From Opitutia bacterium (GTDB lineage: Bacteria > Verrucomicrobiota > Verrucomicrobiia > Opitutales > Seribacteraceae): a stretch of DNA of 64,000 bases. The stretch is from NCBI GenBank assembly GCA_002721705.1, contig PBLJ01000022.1, positions 4,482 to 68,481 of the forward strand, written 5' to 3'. The notes under the pieces are model-generated. The model did no database searches, was not told the DNA's origin, and was given only the letters and a program-made list of their open reading frames with translations. This document shows, piece after piece, positions 51,713-61,068 of this stretch (positions within the stretch are counted from its first letter, which is position 1; each line of letters begins with the position of its first letter). The position numbers were made by a program, and so were the translations under genes.

Positions 51713-52693
51713 ATGCCCGAAGAAAAAAACAATTCCGGTGTCTGCGCTTCCGTGATCGATGCCATAGGCTACGCTCCGGTAGTCGACCTGTCTCGACTCG
51801 CCGCGAACTTCGAAGGGCGTATCCTGGCCAAGCTGGAATACCTCAATCCAGGTGGATCCAAGAAAGATCTTATATCGAGAGCAATCATCGACTCGGCCGA
51901 GCAAAAAGGCCTTTTAAAACCAGGCCAAACCGTGCTGGAGCTAACAAGCGGCAACACAGGGAACGGGCTGGCCATGATTTGCGCCGTCAGAGGGTATCCT
52001 TTCATTGCCGTGATGTCTCGCGGGAACACTCCCGAGCGAGCCGCCATGATGCGAGGAATGGGCGCGACCGTCGTCTTGGTCGACTTGGATAACCCCAGCC
52101 AAGGCATCACGGCCGAAGACATGAAGCGAGTGGAAGATACCGCCGCCAGCCTGACGGAAAAACACAACGCCTTTCGGGCGGACCAATTCAACCGGCAGGA
52201 AAACGCCGAGGCTCACTACCAACACACCGGGCCTGAATGGATCCGGCAAACCGACGGAAACATCGATGCCTTTTGCGATTTCGTCGGTACCGGCGGAGGG
52301 TTTGCCGGCGTGGCTCGCGCCTTGAAGGAACATAATCCTGCCATCCAATGCTTCGTGGTGGAACCGGATGGAGCCGCCAAACTGGCCGGACAATGCATCA
52401 GTTGCTGCGCTCACGTCATCCAAGGCGGAGGCTATGCCAAGGAGCTAGTTCTTCTCAACCGCGACCACGTCGATGGCCACCTGACGGTCAAGGACGAGGA
52501 CGTCGCAGAAATCACCAGACGTCTTGCCAGCGAAGAAGGTATTTTCGCAGGCTATTCCTCGGGCGCCAACGTATCGGCTGCGATACAGTTGCTTCAAGGA
52601 GAATTCAAAGGCAAAACCATCGCCGTGACCATTTGCGATTCCGGACTCAAGTACCTAAGTACGGACTTGTGGCGCGATGGCGCCGAAGACTGA
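51713..52693 (+). CDS. PLP-dependent cysteine synthase / beta-replacement family protein
   Basis: ORF 51704..52693 (TTG at 51704 overlapping the kbl stop; first ATG at 51713). Contains LEYLNPGGSKKDLISRA (PLP-lysine region, variant of S-x-KDR), ELTSGNTGNGLAMICAVRGYPFIAVM and GTGGGFAGVARALKE. Confidence 0.8.
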   Translation: MPEEKNNSGVCASVIDAIGYAPVVDLSRLAANFEGRILAKLEYLNPGGSKKDLISRAIIDSAEQKGLLKPGQTVLELTSGNTGNGLAMICAVRGYPFIAVMSRGNTPERAAMMRGMGATVVLVDLDNPSQGITAEDMKRVEDTAASLTEKHNAFRADQFNRQENAEAHYQHTGPEWIRQTDGNIDAFCDFVGTGGGFAGVARALKEHNPAIQCFVVEPDGAAKLAGQCISCCAHVIQGGGYAKELVLLNRDHVDGHLTVKDEDVAEITRRLASEEGIFAGYSSGANVSAAIQLLQGEFKGKTIAVTICDSGLKYLSTDLWRDGAED

Positions 52694-52719
52694 TCCCATA
52701 CCTTACGGAAGCAAGGAGC

Positions 52720-54189
52720 TCAAAGCCCGGGTATCGGGTCGCTAGGCTTGATCTCATCCCCCTGCCAGATGACCTTGCCTTTGCCGTCTCTGGTCAGAAT
52801 GCGAGCTGAACTGCCTGGGGCAGGCTTGCGGTTTTCCTTGGGAAGAAAGCTTTGATGCTCCTTGATGACGTCGGCGTATTTCGGATCGTTGGCGAGATTG
52901 TTCCACTCGTGCGGATCTTTACGCATGTCGTACAACTCCTGAGCGCCATCGGCATATTGAATGAAGCTCCAATGTTCGGAACGCACTCCGTGGTTGTCAT
53001 GATTGTGGGTGGTGATGGCAGGCCACTTTCGAGGAGCGTTGGCGTCCTTGAGCTGAGGAACCAAGCTGTGGCCTTCCAGTTTCTTGTTCTTGGGAAGACC
53101 ACAGAGTTCGAGGAGGGTGGGATAAATATCAAGCAGCTCGGCGGGTTTTCCGCAAAGTTGCCGTGGTTTAACACCGGGTCCGGCGAAGACAAGGGGAACG
53201 CGGGCCCCGTCGTCCCACAAGGTGTTCTTTCCCGTAATGAGTTTTTCGCCGAGGTGCCATCCGTGGTCGGACCAAAGCACCACAATGGTGTTTTCCTCCA
53301 AATCATTGCGTTTCAAGGCAGCCAGAACGCGTCCGACTTGGCTGTCGACGAAACTAGTGCATGCCAAATAGGAGCGCACTATATTGCGCCATTCGTTGAC
53401 CTCCTCGAGGAACTTGAGTCGAACCTCGGGAAGATACCAATGCAAGTACCATGAAAATCGCGGGGTGTCTTCTCGATCCTTGCGGAGAATCTTGGGCAAG
53501 ACGGAATCATCATCCGGATATAGGTCGAACCACTTTTGGGTGGCGTAACAGGGAACGTGCGGAAGAAAGAAACCAACCGAAAGAAAGAAAGGTTCCTGAG
53601 GCTTGGCGTCGAGTTGCTCGATCGCCCAGGACGCCACTTGCCAGTCTCCCTTGTCCTCTTCTCGGTGAGGGAAGGTGCCCCAATCCACGAGTCGATGGTT
53701 ACCGAAAGGGGTGGTCACCAGCTTTTGCTTAGGACGAACACGAACCCCGGCGCGAGGCCCGATGACGTCGAACTCCCTGTCCGTTTTTTTGCGTCCGTAA
53801 CCACCGTGGTAGATTTTACCAGTGGAGTAGCTTTTGTAGCCTCCGTGCTTCTTCAGGTATTGAGGCAAGGTGACGTGATCCTTGAACTCAGGGAGAGTAC
53901 GAAACCAAGGAGCGAGTCCGTAGATGCCCGTGCTCGAAGGGCGCAATCCCGTCATTAAGCTGGTCCTGGAGGGATTACACAAAGGCGATTGGCAATGGGC
54001 GTTGGTAAAGGCAGTCCCCCGCGCGGCGAGTTTATCGATATGCGGCGTCTTGACCATGGGATGACCACCAAGGTAGCCGATCCAATCGTTTTGGTCGTCA
54101 ATGGCGATAAACAAGACGTTGGGTTTGGTTGCGTTAACAGTCAACGTCACCGGCAACAGGATGGAGAGAAACAGGAGAGACAAACGCAT
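52720..54189 (-). CDS. Sulfatase (S1 family; iduronate-2-sulfatase-like), canonical motif
   Basis: 489 aa with a signal peptide. Contains PNVLFIAIDDQNDWIGYLG, CNPSR(TSLMTGL), WSDHGWHLGEK and LYDMRKDPHEWNNLANDPKY. Confidence 0.9.
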   Translation of the reverse strand: MRLSLLFLSILLPVTLTVNATKPNVLFIAIDDQNDWIGYLGGHPMVKTPHIDKLAARGTAFTNAHCQSPLCNPSRTSLMTGLRPSSTGIYGLAPWFRTLPEFKDHVTLPQYLKKHGGYKSYSTGKIYHGGYGRKKTDREFDVIGPRAGVRVRPKQKLVTTPFGNHRLVDWGTFPHREEDKGDWQVASWAIEQLDAKPQEPFFLSVGFFLPHVPCYATQKWFDLYPDDDSVLPKILRKDREDTPRFSWYLHWYLPEVRLKFLEEVNEWRNIVRSYLACTSFVDSQVGRVLAALKRNDLEENTIVVLWSDHGWHLGEKLITGKNTLWDDGARVPLVFAGPGVKPRQLCGKPAELLDIYPTLLELCGLPKNKKLEGHSLVPQLKDANAPRKWPAITTHNHDNHGVRSEHWSFIQYADGAQELYDMRKDPHEWNNLANDPKYADVIKEHQSFLPKENRKPAPGSSARILTRDGKGKVIWQGDEIKPSDPIPGL

Positions 54190-54406
54190 CGATTCATCCT
54201 GCGACTTTTTGAGGACAATTCAAGAAAGAGCGAAAACCATTTTTCAAGTTTGCCATGAAGGTAAAGACCTGCATTGTCAGAGGTTGTAATTGCTTTGATC
54301 AGGAGGGAGTACGCCAAAATCAGTTGATATACCACCTAGGTGTTGTTGGTTTTACTTATTTCAACCAAACTCAAAGCTTCTTCAAGAAAACCTGTTAGAT
54401 AGTACA

Positions 54407-54679
54407 ATGGATATATACGTAGGAAACCTTCCGTGGTCAGCCTCGGAACAAGAACTATCCGATTCTTTCGGAGAATTCGGAACGGTTGAAAAAGCTACCA
54501 TCATAGTGGATCGCGAATCCGGACGCTCCAAAGGCTTCGGTTTCGTGACAATGAACGATAACGAAGAGGCCAACAACGCCATCGAAGCCTTGAACGGCAC
54601 CGATTTTGGCGGCCGCGCTCTTAAGGTAAATGAAGCTCGTCCCCGTGAGGAACGTCCTCCTCGCCGCGACAACTGGTAA
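54407..54679 (+). CDS. RRM-type RNA-binding protein
   Basis: 90 aa. Contains RNP-2 (IYVGNL), RNP-1 (KGFGFVTM) and a short Arg/Pro-rich tail. It is preceded by a 217-nt AT-rich non-coding region. Confidence 0.9.
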   Translation: MDIYVGNLPWSASEQELSDSFGEFGTVEKATIIVDRESGRSKGFGFVTMNDNEEANNAIEALNGTDFGGRALKVNEARPREERPPRRDNW

Positions 54680-54699
54680 GAGTTAATCATCACCTTCAA

Positions 54700-54717
54700 G
54701 CCGCCTTTCTTGGCGGC
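54700..54717 (+). terminator. Candidate hairpin downstream of the RRM gene
   Basis: GCCGCC-TTTCTT-GGCGGC (6-bp GC stem) lies 21 nt after the stop. The trailing U-tract is weak (AGCTTTCATT). A second hairpin, CCTCTTT-TCACC-AAAGAGG, lies at 54736..54754 between the convergent genes. Confidence 0.35.
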
Positions 54718-54773
54718 AGCTTTCATTCGCCAAAGCCTCTTTTCACCAAAGAGGAAATAGTTTTACATGCAAT

Positions 54774-55601
54774 TTATGGCTTCATGTACTTCCCGTCGGG
54801 AAGACGTGACGGCAACTTGTACTTGGGGTTGGTGATGAGCTTGTAGATGGAGGGGTCACCTGCCTTGACCATGTCGCGATTGAACAGTCGCCACTCATGG
54901 GAAATATCGCGTTTCCGGCGAGGAGAGTCCTGGGCTCCCAACACGGAAGTGATGGCCCAATACAAGTATTCGGTGCATTGGCATCCATAATCGCATGAAC
55001 GATCGTCGTAGGTAAACCACGATCCCTTGGGGTAACGTCGTGGCACGCGACGGAAATGCCCGCCGCGGGCGCGATCGAGGCAATTGCCCAAGGCAGTGCC
55101 GGGTTTTTCACCGAAAACCTTCGGGTAGGCGTGGGCATAACCTTCGTGGGTGATTAAGTGCAATACCTCTTCAAGGGAGGCATCGAACTCATCCCCGCCG
55201 GGATTGGTTTCGGTCGCGAACTGCCCCTGACCATGATGGAACCCGGCGTCTTGGAAAACTTCGTGGTCCAATCTTTCCAAGGCTCGTTCGTTAGCCGTCA
55301 TGAACAGGAAAGCGTCCCTTTCGATCATGATCTCCAGCACCTTGGGATTATCCGGTTCGCCATCCTCGTCGTTATCGAGATATTCAGCCAAAATAATGGC
55401 AGCGTGGCGCAGCTTGGCGGGAGGTACCTTTGCGGTTCCAAAAAGGTGGATGCCGAAAACGTTCATGTGCTGGGTGAATTGCTTCTTGAAAACAGCGAGC
55501 TTGCCCTCGGGGATGGGGCCTATTTTGAAATCAGGGGGGCGAGCCTCCACCATTGATGCAAGCAAGCATAGGACTGGAGGGAAAAGAATTCGGGAAAGCA
55601 T
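54774..55601 (-). CDS. Secreted hypothetical protein
   Basis: 275-aa ORF with a signal peptide (MLSRILFPPVLCLLASMVEA). Four Cys in the C-terminal half and an EEVLHLITHEGYAHAY His-rich segment. No family recognised. Confidence 0.6.
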   Translation of the reverse strand: MLSRILFPPVLCLLASMVEARPPDFKIGPIPEGKLAVFKKQFTQHMNVFGIHLFGTAKVPPAKLRHAAIILAEYLDNDEDGEPDNPKVLEIMIERDAFLFMTANERALERLDHEVFQDAGFHHGQGQFATETNPGGDEFDASLEEVLHLITHEGYAHAYPKVFGEKPGTALGNCLDRARGGHFRRVPRRYPKGSWFTYDDRSCDYGCQCTEYLYWAITSVLGAQDSPRRKRDISHEWRLFNRDMVKAGDPSIYKLITNPKYKLPSRLPDGKYMKP

Positions 55602-55657
55602 ACCAGCAGGGAAAGAAGCGATCTTGGATCAAGGCAATCGAAAACAATTGCTCCCGT

Positions 55658-57187
55658 TTATGGTCTTATCGGTGCGCTGCGCCCATTTTTCTTGAATTCC
55701 TCCAGCTTGCCCTTGAGTTCCTTAACGATCTGAGGACGCTTGAAGTAAAGGTTGTTGGTCTCGCCCGGATCGGTCTCTAGGTTGTAGAGTTGCCCCGGGG
55801 CATCGGGAGCTTTGTCAGGCAAGGCATATTGCTTGAGACCCCATTCGCCATCACGACTATAGTTGCTGCCTCCGGATCCCTTGTGATCGAGGTACTTCCA
55901 TGGACCGCTTCGGATGGCCATGGCCAAACTGATTGTCTGGTGCAAAGTATATTCGCGAATCGGTTGGTCCAGCTGTTTGCCGAGCAAGGCGGGTAAGAAA
56001 TTATAGCTGTCCTCGGCCGCCTCATTGGGTAATTTCGCGTCCACTATCTCGGCGCAAGTGGCCATGACGTCAGTCAGGCAAATGGTTTGATCCGAAGTGC
56101 TTCCCGCCGTTACTTTACTGGGCCACCGAGCGATGAAAGGCACACGGTGTCCACCTTCCCAGTTATCGCGCTTCACACCCCTCCAAGGCCGAGCGCCGTC
56201 ATGCTTGTGGGTTTTGCGCATATTGATCACGGTAGGAACTTCAGGTCCGTTGTCGCTCGAAAACATAACCAAAGTGTTTTCTGCGAAGCCGTGTTTCTCG
56301 AGAGCCTTCATCAATTCACCTACGATGTAATCCAGTTCGAAGATGAAATCGCCGTGGGGACCCGATTTGGTTTTTCCCTTGAAGGCATCGCCGGGAAAAG
56401 ACGGCAGATGCACTGCTTGGGTGGAGTGTAACAGGAAGAAGGGCTTATTCGGCGAATTCTCGGCATGATCCTTCAGGAAACGTAGACTTTTATTCATGAA
56501 GGTGACGTCGACTTCCTCCAAGTCGAACCCCGGCGCGATCATGCCCGGCCGATTGTCTCTTGAATAGGGATGTTTGGGCAGGGGGCCGCGATCAACGATA
56601 TGGGTCGGTGGTATCGGAATGCGGTCGCCATCGATGAATGCGTAGAGCCAGTCCGTGGTGGGGCAGCAGACTGTGCCGAAGAAATGATCGAAGCCCCGAT
56701 GGATAGGGGCGTCTGGAATAGCTCGTGAATAATCAATGCGTTTAACCGCCGCCAGCCCGTTCTGGTTGATGGCCTTGCCCTCCTTGTCATGAAAGGTCAT
56801 ACCGACGTGCCACTTGCCGAAAAGCGCCGTCTCGTATCCTTTACGCTGAAACATGGCACCCAAGGTGAGTCGTCCTTTCTCGATCATGCAGGGACCACCA
56901 GCGCCAGTAAAAACTCCACGCATCCCGGTTCGAAAGGCCATCCGACCGGTCAGGAGGCTGTATCGCGTGGGAGTGCAAACCGTGGACGGGCTATGGGCAT
57001 CGGTGAAAAGCATGCCTTCTCGAGCCAATCGGTTGATGTTGGGGGTGGGTATTCGAGATTCAGGATTGTAGCAGGCAACGTCCCCATAACCGAGGTCATC
57101 GGCCAAAATGAAAACGACGTTGGGAGGTTTCGCGGCCAAGCAGCAAGGAAAGAGCGCGATGCGAAGGATCGATATGAGGGTTTTCAC
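55658..57187 (-). CDS. Arylsulfatase (S1 family), canonical motif
   Basis: ORF 55658..57241 (TTG start). The preferred start is the GTG at 57187, giving (M)KTLISILRIALFPCCLAA as a signal peptide. Contains PNVVFILADDLGYGDV, CTPTR(YSLLTGR), GKWHVG, SDNGPE and LYNLETDPGETNNLY. Confidence 0.9.
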   Translation of the reverse strand: MKTLISILRIALFPCCLAAKPPNVVFILADDLGYGDVACYNPESRIPTPNINRLAREGMLFTDAHSPSTVCTPTRYSLLTGRMAFRTGMRGVFTGAGGPCMIEKGRLTLGAMFQRKGYETALFGKWHVGMTFHDKEGKAINQNGLAAVKRIDYSRAIPDAPIHRGFDHFFGTVCCPTTDWLYAFIDGDRIPIPPTHIVDRGPLPKHPYSRDNRPGMIAPGFDLEEVDVTFMNKSLRFLKDHAENSPNKPFFLLHSTQAVHLPSFPGDAFKGKTKSGPHGDFIFELDYIVGELMKALEKHGFAENTLVMFSSDNGPEVPTVINMRKTHKHDGARPWRGVKRDNWEGGHRVPFIARWPSKVTAGSTSDQTICLTDVMATCAEIVDAKLPNEAAEDSYNFLPALLGKQLDQPIREYTLHQTISLAMAIRSGPWKYLDHKGSGGSNYSRDGEWGLKQYALPDKAPDAPGQLYNLETDPGETNNLYFKRPQIVKELKGKLEEFKKNGRSAPIRP

Positions 57188-57338
57188 TTGAGGTAGAAAT
57201 ATTAGGTTAAAACTTAGGTTCTTCAATTCGGGAGATCGCAAAACGACAAGGAGAATTTTTCATGGACGAGAAAGTCGTACTCCCTACTCTCTTTCAGAAT
57301 AAACACGACAGCAACCATTTCGCCCCTAAATTCCCGAT

Positions 57339-58754
57339 ATGAGTTCTCCCGCCGAAACCTCTTTCCTCGATAACGTCAACCTTGCCTTTGATCGAGCTGC
57401 AGAAGCACTCGACCTAACCAATGGTTTGGCCCAGCAGATTCGCACTTGCAACGCAATCTGTGAAGTCAAGTTCGGGGTGGAACTTCGTGGTGGCTACGAA
57501 GTGTTCACGGGATGGCGAGCTACCCACAGCGAACACGCCCTTCCAGTCAAGGGCGGCATTCGTTATGCCACCTTTGCCGATCAGCAGGAAGTCGAAGCCC
57601 TGGCCGCGCTGATGACTTACAAGTGCGCCATCGTAAACGTACCGTATGGAGGATCGAAAGGCGCTCTCAAGATAGACCCCAAGAAGTACAACGCCGATGA
57701 GCTCGAGCACATCACTCGGCGCTTCACCCAGGAACTCGACAAGCGCGGTTTCATTGGGCCAGGGCTCAACGTACCCGCGCCGGACATGGGAACGGGGCAG
57801 GAAATGATGGCATGGATCGCGGACGAGTACCAAAAACTTCACCCAAACGACATCAACGCCAGAGGTTGCGTCACGGGAAAACCCGTGCACTTCGGAGGCA
57901 TCCAAGGCCGAACCGAAGCGACAGGCCGAGGCGTGCAGTACGGGTTGCGTGAATTCTTTCGCCATCCCGATGATCTCAAGGCAGCCGGAATCGAGGGAAC
58001 GCTCGAAGGAAAAACCGTCATCGTGCAAGGACTTGGAAACGTCGGCTATCACGCCGCCAAATTCCTGCAAGAGGAAGATGGATCAACAATAACCGCCATC
58101 CTGGAGCGAGACGGAGCCATCGTTAACGACGAGGGGCTCGAGGTGGAAGCAGTCGCTGCCCACAAGGCGAAAACGGGTGGCGTAAAGGATTTCCCGGGAG
58201 CCGAGCATTTCGATGATGGAGAGGCCTTGCTGGAAAAGGAATGCGACATTCTGATACCGGCAGCGATGGAAGGAGTGATTCATCGTGGAAATGCGTCCAG
58301 CATACGAACCAAGGTCATCGCGGAGGCAGCCAATGGCCCGGTGACCTTCGATGCGGACAAGATACTTCGCGAAAAAGGAGTCACCATCATTCCGGACGCC
58401 TTCCTGAACGCAGGCGGGGTGACGGTTTCCTATTTCGAATGGCTCAAGAACCTGTCCCACGTCAGGTTCGGACGACTGGACAGGCGATATGAGGAAGCCC
58501 AAGGAAAAGCTATCCTGGACGTACTGGAGGAAGCTCTCGGCAAACCCGTGGAAGGCGCCGCCAGGGACAGCTTGATGGTGGGACCAAGTGAACTAACTCT
58601 CGTCAGGTCAGGCCTAGACGACACCATGCGGGAAGCCTATGGCGAGCTAAGGGAATTGTTTGCCTCCAACGAAAAGATCGAGGACCTGCGCACCGCCGCC
58701 TACGGACTCGCTATCAAGAAGATCGCCGACATCTACGAAAGCATGTACCTCTAA
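57339..58754 (+). CDS. gdh: Glutamate dehydrogenase (Glu/Leu/Phe/Val dehydrogenase family)
   Basis: 471 aa. Contains LPVKGGIRY, the catalytic-Lys region NVPYGGSKGALKIDP, VPAPDMGTG and the Rossmann motif VQGLGNVGYHAAKFL. Confidence 0.88.
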   Translation: MSSPAETSFLDNVNLAFDRAAEALDLTNGLAQQIRTCNAICEVKFGVELRGGYEVFTGWRATHSEHALPVKGGIRYATFADQQEVEALAALMTYKCAIVNVPYGGSKGALKIDPKKYNADELEHITRRFTQELDKRGFIGPGLNVPAPDMGTGQEMMAWIADEYQKLHPNDINARGCVTGKPVHFGGIQGRTEATGRGVQYGLREFFRHPDDLKAAGIEGTLEGKTVIVQGLGNVGYHAAKFLQEEDGSTITAILERDGAIVNDEGLEVEAVAAHKAKTGGVKDFPGAEHFDDGEALLEKECDILIPAAMEGVIHRGNASSIRTKVIAEAANGPVTFDADKILREKGVTIIPDAFLNAGGVTVSYFEWLKNLSHVRFGRLDRRYEEAQGKAILDVLEEALGKPVEGAARDSLMVGPSELTLVRSGLDDTMREAYGELRELFASNEKIEDLRTAAYGLAIKKIADIYESMYL

Positions 58755-58768
58755 GGAGTGTCCAGTCC

Positions 58769-60184
58769 GTGGCGAAGCCTTCTTTTCCGGACGCATCCAG
58801 CGAGCAAGTTTCTTCCGCGTTAAGGGCTGCGGAAAAAGCATTTTCCGTCTATCGCCAATTACCGGGTGAACGGCGGGCCCGATTTCTGGAGGCCATTGCC
58901 GACGGATTGGAACGGGATGCCGAGAAGATCATCGAGTTGGCGAACTCGGAAACCTCCTTGGGCCTGCCTAGACTACAAGTTGAACTGCAACGCACCGCGG
59001 AACAAGGACGCTTGTTCGCAGAACTAGCTCGCACCGGAGCGTGGCTCGAGCCACGCTCCGATGAGGCCGAGCCGGAACGGAAACCATTACCCAAGCCTGG
59101 GTTGCGAAGCCACAACATCCCCTTGGGACCTGTTGTAGTGATGGGTGCCTGCAACTTCCCCCTAGCTATTTCGGTAGTCGGCACCGATACCATGTCCGCC
59201 CTCGCCGTGGGATGCACCGTGGTGGTAAAGGCTCATCACGGACATCCAGCAACCTGTGAGAAATTAAGTACCTTGATCCATGAAGCCGCCAAGGAAACGG
59301 ACATGCCGGACGGCGCCTTCTCACTTCTTCATGGGGAAAGTCATCGGGTAGGCCGAGAGCTTGTGCAAAACCCTTCAACCAAGGCAGTGGCCTTTACGGG
59401 ATCCCTGAAAGGAGGCAAGGCCTTGGCCACCGTCGCGGCGAACCGCCCGGAACCCATTCCTTTCTACGCCGAAATGGGCAGCCTGAATCCGCTTTTCGTT
59501 TTGCCGGGAGCTTTGCGTGAACGCAGTGAGGAAATCGCCACGGGTTACGTCGCGGCAGTCACCTTGTCCGCCGGGCAAATGTGTACAAAACCGGGCATGC
59601 TCGTGACCATCGAAGGTCCTTCGCTGGAACGTTTCCTCAAACAATCAGTTCTAGTCACCCGTGAAAGTTCACCCGTCGCCATGCTGAATGCCGGGATCCG
59701 CGATAATTTCGAGGCCAACGTCGAGAGATTCACGAAAAGCGCAAAACTTATCGCCGCATCCGAACAAGCCCCCAACTCATCCGCCAACGAAGCATCCTGC
59801 CAACTCTTCGTCACCGATGCCTCCGATTTCCTGGGCGATCCTAACCTGCAAACCGAAGCCTTCGGACCCTCGTCCATAATCGTTCGCGTGAAGGACGAGA
59901 AGGCATTGCTGAAATTGGCCAACAGCCTGGAAGGAACTCTGACTGCCAGTCTGCACGTCGGGGAGGGCGACTGCGCCATCGTGGACAAACTGCTTCCCAT
60001 CTTGGAAAGCAAGGCGGGCAGAGTGCTTTGGAACGGCTTTCCTCCTGGAGTGGTCCCAACCCACGCCACCCACCATGGAGGCCCTTGGCCCGCCACTACG
60101 GATTCGCGTCATACCTCCATTGGAATCTTCGGTTACCGTCGCTTCGTAAGGCCCATCTGCAGGCAAGGATTTCCATCGCCATGA
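58769..60184 (+). CDS. Aldehyde dehydrogenase, alpha-ketoglutarate-semialdehyde (2,5-dioxovalerate) dehydrogenase-like
   Basis: 471 aa with a GTG start. Contains ERRARFLEAIADGLE...ETSLGLPRLQVELQRTAEQGRLFA, typical of KGSADH-type enzymes, plus the catalytic Glu region YAEMGSLNP and catalytic Cys region SAGQMCTKPG. Confidence 0.8.
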   Translation: MAKPSFPDASSEQVSSALRAAEKAFSVYRQLPGERRARFLEAIADGLERDAEKIIELANSETSLGLPRLQVELQRTAEQGRLFAELARTGAWLEPRSDEAEPERKPLPKPGLRSHNIPLGPVVVMGACNFPLAISVVGTDTMSALAVGCTVVVKAHHGHPATCEKLSTLIHEAAKETDMPDGAFSLLHGESHRVGRELVQNPSTKAVAFTGSLKGGKALATVAANRPEPIPFYAEMGSLNPLFVLPGALRERSEEIATGYVAAVTLSAGQMCTKPGMLVTIEGPSLERFLKQSVLVTRESSPVAMLNAGIRDNFEANVERFTKSAKLIAASEQAPNSSANEASCQLFVTDASDFLGDPNLQTEAFGPSSIIVRVKDEKALLKLANSLEGTLTASLHVGEGDCAIVDKLLPILESKAGRVLWNGFPPGVVPTHATHHGGPWPATTDSRHTSIGIFGYRRFVRPICRQGFPSP

Positions 60185-60251
60185 ATCCAGTGTCCGTTTG
60201 ATTAGTTCAAAGTGGCCGATCAGATGAACGCTCCCGAATCAAAGCCAAGCA

Positions 60252-61061
60252 ATGCAACCTGAGGAAGAACGCCCTTCACCTGATGCTCCAAGGACGGGCC
60301 TCGAACCCGTTGGTAAGCTTTGGAAATCATGGGCTCCACTTTGGCGAAGGCGAAACGATTGGAACGGTTATTTTTTCCCTGTTGGGACGGTATTTAGCCT
60401 ATCGTTGCTCTTGTCGCCTTATCTATTGACTAATATGATCGCCCCGTCCTGGGCCATCGCGCATTGGGACCCAAAGACCCTTTTTACTTTGGAGAATGGA
60501 ACCTACCTCGACCACACCATACCTTTCGTCGACTGGAGCATCCTAATCTATTACACTATATTCGCCTTCTACGTCGTCCTTCCGTTCAGCGCCCCAAAAA
60601 CCGACGTCGGGCGTCGCGAGTTATTGGTAGCGGTGCAATTCATCGCGATTTCCAGTTGGCTGGCTTATCTGATCTTCCTTTTCCTGCCTGCCGAAGTGGA
60701 CCTGCGAAACCAAGCTCAAGCAGCGCAAGCGACCCCAAGCTGGACAGACCCGTTGTATGGTTGGTTTTATTGGTTGGATCGACCTTACAACGCGTGGCCC
60801 AGCCTGCACGTCACCCAAACTTTTCTCGCTGCAATCGCCATTTCCAGATGGTGGAAGGCGAGAGGTCTCCATCTTCGCATCGTTGTCATGTGGATACTGT
60901 GGGTCGCGCTCACGATCAGTACGCTAACTACCAAACAGCACTTCCTCTGGGACGCCTTAAGCGGTTTGGTTTTAGGCTTGTTGACTTGGTGGTTCGGGTT
61001 TCGTCTTGCCATGCGCACGCAAAATATTTTCGGTAATCGAAACGCATCAGTCCAAACCTAG
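60252..61061 (+). CDS. PAP2-superfamily (AUR1/sphingomyelin-synthase-like) integral membrane protein
   Basis: 269 aa, polytopic. Contains LDRPYNAWPSLHV (RP ... SxH) and TKQHFLWDALSG (HxxxD), which fit the C1-C3 motif order of the PAP2_C type. Confidence 0.65.
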   Translation: MQPEEERPSPDAPRTGLEPVGKLWKSWAPLWRRRNDWNGYFFPVGTVFSLSLLLSPYLLTNMIAPSWAIAHWDPKTLFTLENGTYLDHTIPFVDWSILIYYTIFAFYVVLPFSAPKTDVGRRELLVAVQFIAISSWLAYLIFLFLPAEVDLRNQAQAAQATPSWTDPLYGWFYWLDRPYNAWPSLHVTQTFLAAIAISRWWKARGLHLRIVVMWILWVALTISTLTTKQHFLWDALSGLVLGLLTWWFGFRLAMRTQNIFGNRNASVQT

Positions 61062-61068
61062 CAAAACC

